Both the position numbers and the translations under genes were made by a program. A stretch of DNA of 62,295 bases, filler included, from Globobulimina sp. (lineage: Eukaryota): the NCBI GenBank assembly GCA_003354225.1. It is 10 parts of 10 records of this genome, joined end to end, with 100 filler letters (N's around TTAATTAATTAA, not from the genome) between each part and the next. Parts side by side here need not be neighbours in the genome. Positions count along the whole stretch, not along the records: positions 31,240 to 37,378 come from PIVH01000356.1; positions 37,479 to 43,616 come from PIVH01000357.1; positions 43,717 to 49,850 come from PIVH01000358.1; 7 more parts are not named here. The stretch is one strand, 5' to 3'. The stretch's first letter is position 1, and every line of letters begins with the position of its first letter. The notes below the pieces were generated by a model. The model did no database searches, had not been told where the DNA came from, and was given only the letters and a program-made list of their open reading frames with translations. Positions 33,382 to 43,801 of the stretch are shown one piece after another.

Positions 33382-36082
33382 TTAGTGTCGAATAAATCGT
33401 ATTTGTTCGCACTGAATTCTTTCTCTGTTTCCTTTTCTGTTACCTGAAGCATTTACTATTTGTGCTTTCCATCCAGCTCCAATACACAATGGTGAATAAG
33501 ATGTACCAAAATTATAAACATATACTACTGAATCACATTTAACATCATTTCCAGTTATTTCAATTTTCTTAAATTTTGAACCTGGTATTTTATTAATCTT
33601 ATCAAGAATTGGCAACATTTCTGGAGGACTCACACAATTTGCAACACCCAAATTAGTAACAAGACATTGCAATTCCTGTATTCCCATAAACAATTTATTA
33701 ATAATATCAAATCGTAAAACATAATCTGTATCACCTTTGACCCAAATATTGATTCCAAGCGGAATTGCATTTGTCTCCACATCTAACTTTTGTCTGTCCA
33801 TATTAATTCCTTTCATAATTGTCTTTTTCATATATAATGGAATATCAGTAACTGACCCATTTACCATTTCAATTATTTTATTCATAACCTGTATATCTGT
33901 TCCATTCCAATCCGGATTAATATGATTAATATCAAATAATTGATCCAATTTTGTAAGAGCACGTATAATAACTTTGTAGTTTTCGTTTGTAGACATATTT
34001 CGAATGGATTTAAACTTTAATTTATATGTCTCATGTGGTGGTTGTATAAATAATCGCTCCGACTCATAACCATAACAACTGACAAATGCACAGTTAAAAT
34101 ATCTCAAACATTCTCCATATTCATCCAGATTCATTTCTAAAATAATACCATCATTAGTAGCAAAAATGGTGGCAATTTGTAATTTTGTAGTCGTAGAGGT
34201 CGGTGAATTAAATCTGGCAATAAATTTGTTAAAATATATCGCAGACACTCCGTGATAAAATGATGCAATGTTTGTTTCACCCATTTTAATACCAAAACAG
34301 TTCACTGTTTCAATCAATGTTTTACTCCAATGCCAATATTCTCGATTTCTCTCCAATGAATCATTATTTTCATCCAATTTTCGAAAGGTAGAACTGAATT
34401 TATTTGACAATATATCATAATCAGTATACAAAATAATACTTAATACATTATCGGCTTGTATGCTTTGCCCTGATTTTATTCCATAAATATAATTAGAACC
34501 TAATATTTCACTTTGAATACATTTAATTTGTATGGATGCATTCCATAACAAACACGCTTTCTTCAAAGCATTATCAAATGCAATTTTATCAATGCAATAT
34601 ATTTTATTCATCGTAACCTCTTCTTTTATGGATGAATATTTTGGTTTGGAGCTTAATTCACGTTTTTGAGCATATTCCTGATAAACCCAATAATTATATT
34701 CCTGTCCAAAGCTGTAATCCAACTCCTTTCTCACTGCATATTGAGAACATCAAACAACATTTAATATACTCACACAAGTCACAGAACAGATACTTATTTA
34801 CATACTTGTGTTTTCATTCTGTTTTTCTTCAGCAACCGCTACCTCTGTACGTACGTAAACAGTCATAGCAAAAATGTAATTTATAAATAAAATAACTTTT
34901 AGTGAGCGTAGTCATAAACTTATTTGTTTTCACTCGATTAACGCCTCGTATTTGTGTCAATCCTTCACGTTTGCTTTCCAAATACGTTTTCAATTTAAAT
35001 AACTCAGAATCATGACACATGCTTTGCTTATTATTACGTTTCTTTTCTATATTTTCATTATTTTTATCGTTTGCTAATGGATTAATAATACGATATCCAA
35101 CATCAACAGAATGGATAAAATGGCAATGTATTGTATCTAATATATCGATATACGCAGATAATTGCGAATCATTTCCAGTTTCAAATACCTTTTCTGTTTC
35201 TCGTTGACGATTATTCCGCGAATATATAGCACAATTTGCGATGTTACAATGTTTTATTTGATTATTTAATGTGTCATGAATGTATTGAAAAGCTTTATAA
35301 TTCTCATTTTTAGAGCTAATATCTTCATTTAAATGCACATGTAAAATATGATGGTAATCATTCACAACAAACTCTTTATTTGACATTAAATATTTTATAA
35401 ATTTATCCATGTCTTTATCAGCACAGCTTTGGTCGTTAAATTCTTGATAAAATTGAAATGTTTGAGCTAATCTTTTCAATCCCTCGCAATTCTCAATAGC
35501 AGAACAATGCGGAGGTGCTATTTTTAATGATTGTGGATCAATATAAGAATAACGTTTGGCAGCGTCAATTTTAAATGGATGCCGATCAATTTTCATTTCC
35601 TCGTTTTCTCGCATTACTTGATTACTGTCATTTTCTTGTAATTGCATTTCGTGTGTTTCAGCAACAGATTTTAGATCAATTTCTTTTCCTTGACATTTTC
35701 CAATATATTTCATCCATTTATTGAGTGCTTTTTCATTGTTTGAACGGAATTTATAATCGCTGCATGTTTGTTCATCATTGGATTTTTTGAGTTGAAATTG
35801 AAAATCATTTTTCTTTAAATTAGTGGTATTTTTTATTCTAATAATCTCATTATATACGTTCAAATCTACAGAGTCAATAATCTTTGTGCTGTGTTTGTTT
35901 TTATACACTGTTAAGGTGTTATTACTTGACAATGTGAGCCATTTGTTCTCGTACATTTTCCATAATTTGGAATAATACGCTAAGAATGATTCATAGATAA
36001 TAAAAATATGTGTTTCTTCATCATTTGGATTATCGACTGTTTCTGTCGGTTGTGTGTCGTTATTTGTGATGGCTGATTGCAT
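33382..36082 (-). CDS. PH domain + Cys/His domain + ADP-ribosyltransferase-like domain; introns 34845-34896 and 34734-34805 flank a 39-nt microexon
   Basis: PH: KWLTLS...LTVYK...YKFRS...KWMKYI; ART-like: FYHGV...PTSTT...GIILE...ESERLF. Confidence 0.8.
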
Positions 36083-36209
36083 AGTTTGCGCTTTGTGCTG
36101 TATTATTTTGCGGTGTATATTAAAATTTGCATGTTCATTTTTCTGAGAAGGGTGACATGATTAATTAGTTCATTTTTTTAACTTCGCTGTTGTTAATCGA
36201 ACTTTGCCA

Positions 36210-37378
36210 ATGGCAGATAACAAAAACATTGTACGTCCTATGCGCCGAAAGGCAGCAGTGGAAGAATTATTGTCAACAGAAAAGACATATGTTCATTTAA
36301 TGAGCAAACTCATGGAAATGTTTGTTCAAAAATTATATGGGAGTACCTCTATTTTATCGAACGAAGATTATCAAATATTATTTCCATCAGATATTCATGT
36401 CATATTAGGGCTGAATCAAACGTTCTTAAAAGAACTAACAAAAGTAATTGAATCTGACAATCTCAACAATGAGAATTCAAAAATTGGCGATGTCATATGT
36501 TCATTTTGTCCACATTTTGTATGTATTATACGTTCTTATCTTCTCTACAAAATAATATTACATTATGTATACAAACAATATATCAACAAAAAAATAGAAA
36601 ATGTATCAAAATTATTTAAATAACTACAGTGCTGCAGCCACTCGCTTAGCTAAATTGCGATGTAACCCATCCTCTCCATTCTCCATTTTCTGTGCTAGCC
36701 AGCGTGCGGAATCATATTTTAATAACTTGCCACTCGAACAATTAATAATTTTGCCAATTCAACGAATGCCTCGATACAAAATGTTATTGAACGAAATAAT
36801 AAAACATACACACACCGAACATCCCGATTTGAGCCAATTAAAAAAAGCATTATGTGAAATCTCGCAAGTTAATGATGTAATCAATGAACGAATGAAAGAG
36901 TTTGATTCCAGGATCAAAGTGCAAAATATTGAAAATAGATTGCTTACAAACGGTAAAATCACAAACTTAGTGACACCGTCCAGGAGGTACATAAAACAGG
37001 GTCGTTTATGCAAACTTGACACCAAAGACGAAGCTCCGCAGCATTTTCTATTCATATTATTCTCTGATTCTATATTATATGCATCGACATCGCTGATGGG
37101 GGACAAGTTAATATTTGGCAATTTATTAAAATTCAATTCCAGATTCAAAGTGAAACAAACCAGTCCATACATTAACGTTCATAACATTCAGAATCTATTT
37201 CAGATACATTCGACAACGGAATCGTTTATGTTATGCGCTGAGAGCAACAAAGAAATGCACGAATGGATCAATGTTATCAACCAGACCTATAACGAATATA
37301 TGATACTTGCATCCACTGTGAAGAATGCGTCATTTGATATGAAACATGTCTTTGCAGAAAGTCTCCAAATTCCCGACG
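36210..37378 (+). CDS. RhoGEF (DH-PH, FGD-like), intron 36519-36597, 3' truncated
   Basis: EELLSTEKTYV, KMYQNYLNNY, ILPIQRMPRYKMLL, HPD, then PH domain (IKQGRL...LFSDSILY...EWINVI). Confidence 0.92.
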
Positions 37379-37478
37379 NNNNNNNNNNNNNNNNNNNNNN
37401 NNNNNNNNNNNNNNNNNNNNNNTTAATTAATTAANNNNNNNNNNNNNNNNNNNNNNNNNNNNNNNNNNNNNNNNNNNN
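37379..37478. other. Artificial contig spacer
   Basis: N44-TTAATTAATTAA-N44. Confidence 0.99.
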
Positions 37479-37483
37479 TATTA

Positions 37484-38539
37484 GTGGTCGAAGATTCCAT
37501 TAATTTCCCCGCAATTCGCCTACATTTTGGAACCATATCGAAATTCCTGGTATTATACCAAAACGATTTTTTCACCGATTATTTGATAACAGACGTGCGC
37601 TGTCTTTGTTGCTATTGTTCGAAACATATTCGGACATTAAACATTAAAATATGCGATGATTCATTTAAATTACGCGCTTTATTCAAGAATCTATATAACA
37701 TTGTGGTGAATTTCGTGAATATTGAATTTGAAAATATTGATCATTATAAATTAATAAATTGCACAGTAAATAACGAATTGAAATTGACGGATCTATATAG
37801 GATAATAACTTCGGAGGCAACCAATCAGCAAACTGTATTAAACCAATTAAATAATGCAAATCAATCAGATAATCAGTCATATTCAGATGCGGCCAGATCC
37901 AACAGCAACGATATTGAAATTATTAATAAAAATAATAATAAACAAAAAAGTAACATATTTATCACTGATGAGACGTTAGTAAGCCATGGATTAAACGATG
38001 CGGACTTTGAAGACGATGAGATTGACCCAGATTTATTCGATGATGATACAAAAAGTGAAATATTGCCTCAAAATACAGATACACCGCAACAACCTATTGA
38101 GCTGAAAGAAAACGACAAAGAATCGATGCCATTTCCATTTGCAAATAACAACAACATCCAAACAGAAACAGTGGCGATACAATCCAAACAAATTGAAAAT
38201 GCACAATGGAGTTTCACCAACAACGCGCCAACATCCCCCCCATCAAATAAATCACCACAATATGTATTTAATGATGAACCAATCCCAACCAATACCAACA
38301 ACAAAAAGAACAGGAAACCGCAGCCAAAATATCAATTGAAAGTGAAGCCGAATATGCCGAGTTATATTAAACCCCGGGCCCAAATCTCGAATCGTATACA
38401 AAAGACAAGTGACAAAAAGAAGAAAGATAATAAATTGCCGTTTCCCACATTGCGCAGTGCTGTAAAAAGAAATAAAGCGAGAAAAAAGACAAAATTAATT
38501 TATAACAACAATAATACCAATGATAAATCCGAGATTTAG
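37484..38539 (+). CDS. LINE ORF1 (partial)
   Basis: Upstream of ORF2 on the same strand; SYSDAA motif, Asn-rich, basic C-terminus. Confidence 0.65.
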   Translation: MVEDSINFPAIRLHFGTISKFLVLYQNDFFTDYLITDVRCLCCYCSKHIRTLNIKICDDSFKLRALFKNLYNIVVNFVNIEFENIDHYKLINCTVNNELKLTDLYRIITSEATNQQTVLNQLNNANQSDNQSYSDAARSNSNDIEIINKNNNKQKSNIFITDETLVSHGLNDADFEDDEIDPDLFDDDTKSEILPQNTDTPQQPIELKENDKESMPFPFANNNNIQTETVAIQSKQIENAQWSFTNNAPTSPPSNKSPQYVFNDEPIPTNTNNKKNRKPQPKYQLKVKPNMPSYIKPRAQISNRIQKTSDKKKKDNKLPFPTLRSAVKRNKARKKTKLIYNNNNTNDKSEI

Positions 38540-38936
38540 TGGGCAAGAAAGAAAGATTAGTCCCCAATTAATTCCTCCCCTATGTACAGTTTATTATATA
38601 CCAATAAATAAATTATCTATTATACAAATTGCTTCTTATATTAATAATCTCTTTTTATTCTATACAAAATGCTTTGATGTTGAGACTGTAGACAGAGATC
38701 ATTCTATATTTACGGATATGTACGATGGGTGTAATACTGCATTCCGTTAATCCACCATATAAAATCCTCTACTACAGTCCCGGCCGTCCCTTTTAAGATA
38801 TGCAATAAAATAAGTTTTAAAATTAAATTTAAATTTCAATCGTGCTACAATTCTCTAAAACATTTAAATAAAAACAAAAGTCATATAAAAGTCGCTCAAA
38901 AACGCACAAAAAACTCACTAAACCACAAACACAAAA

Positions 38937-41900
38937 ATGGTCATATATAATATACTGCAGTTCAATATAAGTGGGATAATAAATCCCTCCAAAATGACAG
39001 CAGAAAATAAATGTAAGAAAATAAATCAAATAATGCAATCTAAACAAATTGACTTTCTCCTCCTGCAAGAATGGAGCGCCACCCTCCGCTTTCCGCTACA
39101 AACAGGAGATACCCAGTACACAGATAAAAATAACATATCACATAGCATTAAATTCCCAATCCAATTCTTTCCAAATTATAATGTCCATCATGTCGGTACA
39201 GAAACAGCGGTCCTGTACCGAAAAACACTTAATGTTACACCATTAAATCCACCACAAAATTATAACCATATAAATCGAACAAGAAACTGCCACATAACCA
39301 GTGTAATATTACACAGTGGCGACCGCAACATAGGGATCCATTCGCTTTACAATTGTCCGAATAACCCAAATATTGATCAACTCTTTGACTACCCACTAAC
39401 GGTGGACAGTAATTTAATTGCGGGGGATTTCAATATCCCGAATGAAATATGGGGAAGTAACCGATCAACGGCAGAATCAATTGATTTTGTCGATGGTATC
39501 CATTTTCTAAATATGCAAATCCTAAATGTTAATAATCCATCTTTTACACATATCCATAAATCATATGCCACCAAATCATGCATTGACCTCACTTTGATAT
39601 CCGATGACCTAAAACATACCAAATGGAATATTCTCCACTCACTGTATGATAGAAATTGCTCGGATCACATCCCCATAATTACGGCCTTTGAGGTCTCCCA
39701 TGCCTTTGGATATGATGAGAACAGAAAAACTTGGAACTTAGCGAATAAAACAAAGTGGAAAAAGTACGCAGAAACGCTTGAAGAAACTATAAAAGATACA
39801 AAATTTGACGCAAACCCAAATATATACACAGAACAGTTGACATATATTATTCTATACACCTCAGAACAAACAATAGGATACAAAACATACTATCGCGGAC
39901 ATAAACCATGGTGGAATAGTAAAATAAAGAAATTGAAGAAGAAATGTAAACGATTACGTCGAAGAATCCAGCGAATGAAGAGAAATGCGAAGCGATTAAA
40001 CCTGGATTTCCATCATTTCCCTAGATATAAACGTGAAAAAAGGCGATTAAATAGATTCCAATCCTCCAAATATAACCAAATAACCATCGCAAAAGCAAAA
40101 TATAATGACAAAATAAATAAATATATCCAAACTTGTAAAGACTATGGACGCAGATTCTGGCGTACCATATCGAACAATAAATCAAATCAAGTTGACACAA
40201 ATAATATTCCCCCATTGAACTATAATAATATCACTAATATAACCGATCCTAAACAACAAGCAAAAGCTCTGCATGAAGCGATGACGAGACCCCCGAAACC
40301 CCCATCCAGTCCGAAACATGAATCATGGCATGATTATGTAAATAAGTTCGTGCCAGAATACCTAAAAAACCACCGTAAAACTCCAATAATAAATGAATTA
40401 GATAACCATAATATAATCAATGATAAAATAAATCAGAATAACGAATCACAGACAAATTATCCTTCTGATATGAACACAAATATTAGAATGCAAATCCCAT
40501 ATTACCAAACTCTAAATGATCCGATCCTAAAATATGAAATAAAAAAAGTGATAAGAAAGCTGGACACCCATAAAGCCTATGGTCCCGACAGAGTCCATAA
40601 TCAAATGCTGAAACATGGGGGAGATGCGCTGATAAACTGCCTCCTCCCTTTATTCAATAAATGCATGACAACGGGACAGTTCCCTGGATACTGGAATTTC
40701 GCGCATATCCTTCCAATACCAAAGCCGAATAAGGACCATAGCAACCCAAAAAACTACAGACCCATTGCCGTGTCGTCCTGTTTAGGAAGAGTTTTTGAGA
40801 AAGTACTAGCAAATAGACTTCAACATTTTTGTGTTACACACAAAATATTCAGAAACTACCAGTGCGGATTTCAGATTAATAGATGTTGTGATGATGTTCT
40901 CACAACTTTCATTGCTGATATCCAAACATCGTTAGATATGGTCAGTGACACTGATGTTGTTTTTACGGACTTTTCAAAGGCATACGACAGTGTTTGGCAT
41001 AATGGATTATTATATAAACTCATACAAAATAAAATAACAGGAAACATATTAAACGTATTGGCATCATTCATTCAAACAAGATATACAAAAGTTATCGCAA
41101 AGAAAGCAGAGTCGAATTGGGTCGCCCAACCAATTGGAGTCCCTCAAGGCTCTGCACTGTCACCTATTTTATATATACTATTTACAAATGATTTTGAACT
41201 ACGACATCCGAATTTTGTCCACTTTGCCTGTTTCGCAGATGACACGGCATTTTGGACCAGTCCTGGGTCTAAAGACCCCCTCAGATATATGTTTCTCCAG
41301 AAAGAGATTGATAATTTCAGCGAATGGTGCGATAAATGGCAGCTAATGATCAATCCATCAAAATGTTCTTCCATAAACTTCTCACACAGCAATCCTATAA
41401 AATACCATCCAAAATTCAATAATATAATAAATCCGATAACAAATAAACCTGAATCATTGAGCAAATACACAATCCATTCCAAACAAATAAAATATGAAAA
41501 GGTAGTCCGATATTTAGGCCTCTGGTTCGATGAACGATTAAACTTTCAAGCACATATCGCCAAAGTTCGAGCTAAAACAATTAATAGTTATTGGCGGCTA
41601 TTCTTTGCGATAAAAGCTGGCCTAAAATTATCTCCATTATCAATCTCAATGCTATACAAATCCCTCGCGAGGTCCCGAATGGAGTATGGATTAACCCATT
41701 ATCATCCATATGATACTAAAAATGTACTAAGAACGCTCCAGAATCGATTCCTCCGATTGGCAATTCCATGCAGATTAGATTCGCCAATGGATATAATCCA
41801 ATTCATACTAAAAATAGAACCAATCAAACAAAGATCCCATTACCTAACAGTACGCCAACTGGCCAGGGCTTATTATAACGACGACTACCATCCCCTCCAT

Positions 41901-43262
41901 AGAACCTATAAATCATTGACAAAATACATAAATACGATCCAGAATCATAAATATCGAAGAAATCGTAAGAACAATAATAATAAATATATAAACTTGCAAA
42001 AAAACTCATTAATAATTGCAACTAATTACTGCCAGAATAATAACGCGATCAAAGCGTTAACATTAAATATAAATAAATTGAATAAATCCCAAGTAACTGC
42101 ATCCCCAACATACAATATAACGAACCTACCAAATAACTACGATGTTGACATAATGACTGCAGACCCATCTCATCCAACTGCCAATGACATAATTATTGCA
42201 TTTACGGATGGATCATGTGATCCTAATCCTGGCAGAGGAGGCGCTGCAATATATATCCCACCACAACCGGGTCATCTAAATGTTCACAAAGAAGTATTTT
42301 ATTTCAAGATACCTGTAACCATAACAACTGCAGAAATTGAAGCAGTGCATATGATGCTAAACTATATAATAAATAATGACATCGATAAACCAATTAAGTA
42401 TAAAATATATGTTGATAACCTCCCAATTCTTCAATTTATTGATGGCACCAATTACCCCAAATACCATGAAACAAAATTAAAAATCGAGAATGTATTCATT
42501 AAACTCATACAAATACAAACAATGAAGCCAAATACCCATATTTCATTCATCAAAATTAAATCGCATAGTAATAATACTTTCAATGACGAAGTCGACAAAT
42601 TAGCAAACTTCGCCGCTAAACACGCCAGATATAATCCAGAATTATTCAATGAAATTTCCTATAATACCACAGTGACTCAATTACACAATCAAATTAATTA
42701 TAGATGGAGCCAGGCCTGGAAACGTAGGAACACTCAACGAAACCAGGATAGCTATGGAATGTTCAAAAATAATCCAAATCTTCATAATAAACTATTTAAA
42801 ATAATAAAAAATGTAAACAGAGATGAAGCGGCGATTATGAACCGTCTAATTTCTGGACATATTGAATTGAATAACTTTCTACACAAACATAAATTTAAAA
42901 ATACTGATCAATGCATAATAAATTCACCAAAATGTACCAAATGTAATAAAAACACATCAGAAACCATACGCCATTACTTGCTCCATTGCCCATCATATTC
43001 AAATCAGAGAACAAGAATGGTAACTGCTCTATGTAAATCATGGAAAGGATTCAAAGATGGATACAGTATAAATATAGATAACCTATTTTATCCCTACACC
43101 ATCCGACGCCCTCCAGACATTGACAGTGAACTAACAATTGAAGTACAAATTAAAATATGGAAAAACATTCTTCAATTCGTCAAAGAAACAAAAAGATTTG
43201 ATTACCTATACCAGGTGGACCTCATGAATATTTGCCCGATCATTCCAGATCAAGGAAATTAA
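38937..43262 (+). CDS. LINE ORF2: AP endonuclease - reverse transcriptase - RNase H - CCHC knuckle
   Basis: QFNISG, LQE, AGDFN, IDLT, SDH; KAYGPD, NYRPI, DFSKAYD, GVPQGSALSP, FADD, YLG; FTDGS, AE, VDN, SH..N..VD; CTKC...H....C. Confidence 0.96.
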   Translation: MVIYNILQFNISGIINPSKMTAENKCKKINQIMQSKQIDFLLLQEWSATLRFPLQTGDTQYTDKNNISHSIKFPIQFFPNYNVHHVGTETAVLYRKTLNVTPLNPPQNYNHINRTRNCHITSVILHSGDRNIGIHSLYNCPNNPNIDQLFDYPLTVDSNLIAGDFNIPNEIWGSNRSTAESIDFVDGIHFLNMQILNVNNPSFTHIHKSYATKSCIDLTLISDDLKHTKWNILHSLYDRNCSDHIPIITAFEVSHAFGYDENRKTWNLANKTKWKKYAETLEETIKDTKFDANPNIYTEQLTYIILYTSEQTIGYKTYYRGHKPWWNSKIKKLKKKCKRLRRRIQRMKRNAKRLNLDFHHFPRYKREKRRLNRFQSSKYNQITIAKAKYNDKINKYIQTCKDYGRRFWRTISNNKSNQVDTNNIPPLNYNNITNITDPKQQAKALHEAMTRPPKPPSSPKHESWHDYVNKFVPEYLKNHRKTPIINELDNHNIINDKINQNNESQTNYPSDMNTNIRMQIPYYQTLNDPILKYEIKKVIRKLDTHKAYGPDRVHNQMLKHGGDALINCLLPLFNKCMTTGQFPGYWNFAHILPIPKPNKDHSNPKNYRPIAVSSCLGRVFEKVLANRLQHFCVTHKIFRNYQCGFQINRCCDDVLTTFIADIQTSLDMVSDTDVVFTDFSKAYDSVWHNGLLYKLIQNKITGNILNVLASFIQTRYTKVIAKKAESNWVAQPIGVPQGSALSPILYILFTNDFELRHPNFVHFACFADDTAFWTSPGSKDPLRYMFLQKEIDNFSEWCDKWQLMINPSKCSSINFSHSNPIKYHPKFNNIINPITNKPESLSKYTIHSKQIKYEKVVRYLGLWFDERLNFQAHIAKVRAKTINSYWRLFFAIKAGLKLSPLSISMLYKSLARSRMEYGLTHYHPYDTKNVLRTLQNRFLRLAIPCRLDSPMDIIQFILKIEPIKQRSHYLTVRQLARAYYNDDYHPLHRTYKSLTKYINTIQNHKYRRNRKNNNNKYINLQKNSLIIATNYCQNNNAIKALTLNINKLNKSQVTASPTYNITNLPNNYDVDIMTADPSHPTANDIIIAFTDGSCDPNPGRGGAAIYIPPQPGHLNVHKEVFYFKIPVTITTAEIEAVHMMLNYIINNDIDKPIKYKIYVDNLPILQFIDGTNYPKYHETKLKIENVFIKLIQIQTMKPNTHISFIKIKSHSNNTFNDEVDKLANFAAKHARYNPELFNEISYNTTVTQLHNQINYRWSQAWKRRNTQRNQDSYGMFKNNPNLHNKLFKIIKNVNRDEAAIMNRLISGHIELNNFLHKHKFKNTDQCIINSPKCTKCNKNTSETIRHYLLHCPSYSNQRTRMVTALCKSWKGFKDGYSINIDNLFYPYTIRRPPDIDSELTIEVQIKIWKNILQFVKETKRFDYLYQVDLMNICPIIPDQGN

Positions 43263-43505
43263 TAAGTACAATTTGTACTTAAATTTCCAAAATAATATAT
43301 ATTTTACCTTTGTTCATTGATCTCACCATCAAATAAAAGGACTTGTATCCTTGATTGTGTCTGCTATTTATTGTAGTGTTCCTCTCTTGTGTATGGGTGA
43401 AATCTTTAATTGATTTCTTAAAGTTTTGAAGAAAAAAAAAAATTGATAACTTTACTTTTTGATGATTGCATCTGTAGATCCCTAGGAACGAAAAAAGTAT
43501 TGTTT

Positions 43506-43603
43506 TCCTTGATTGTGTCAGTTATTTTTTGTACTGTTCCTCTATTGAGTATGGGAAAAATCTTTAATTGATTTTTTAAAGTTTTAAAGAAAAAAAAAAA
43601 AAA
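43506..43603 (+). repeat. Second, diverged copy of the LINE 3' end with its own A14 tail
   Basis: tccttgattgtgtc...tctttaattgatt...aaagtttt-A-tail matches 43348-43442 with scattered substitutions. Confidence 0.85.
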
Positions 43604-43616
43604 TTACTAAATACAT

Positions 43617-43716
43617 NNNNNNNNNNNNNNNNNNNNNNNNNNNNNNNNNNNNNNNNNNNNTTAATTAATTAANNNNNNNNNNNNNNNNNNNNNNNNNNNN
43701 NNNNNNNNNNNNNNNN
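43617..43716. other. Artificial contig spacer
   Basis: N44-TTAATTAATTAA-N44. Confidence 0.99.
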
Positions 43717-43801
43717 AAGGATGGCATTTTAAAATAGTCAATATCGTGTCGCTAAAAAAAATGGGACAACGCAATGTGAAATAAATAACAATTATCATAT
43801 A

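Larger units (their letters stand above)
37479..43442 (+). mobile_element. Non-LTR retrotransposon (LINE, RNase H-bearing I/Tad1-like group), 5' end cut by the contig
   Basis: ORF1, intact ORF2, 3' UTR and A11 tail at 43432-43442; strong A/C strand bias. Confidence 0.93.

Noticed and set aside
38937-43262. RT as a retron, DGR or group II intron linked to the phage
   Set aside because: APE + RNase H + CCHC + poly(A) define a LINE, and it is on a different contig from the phage
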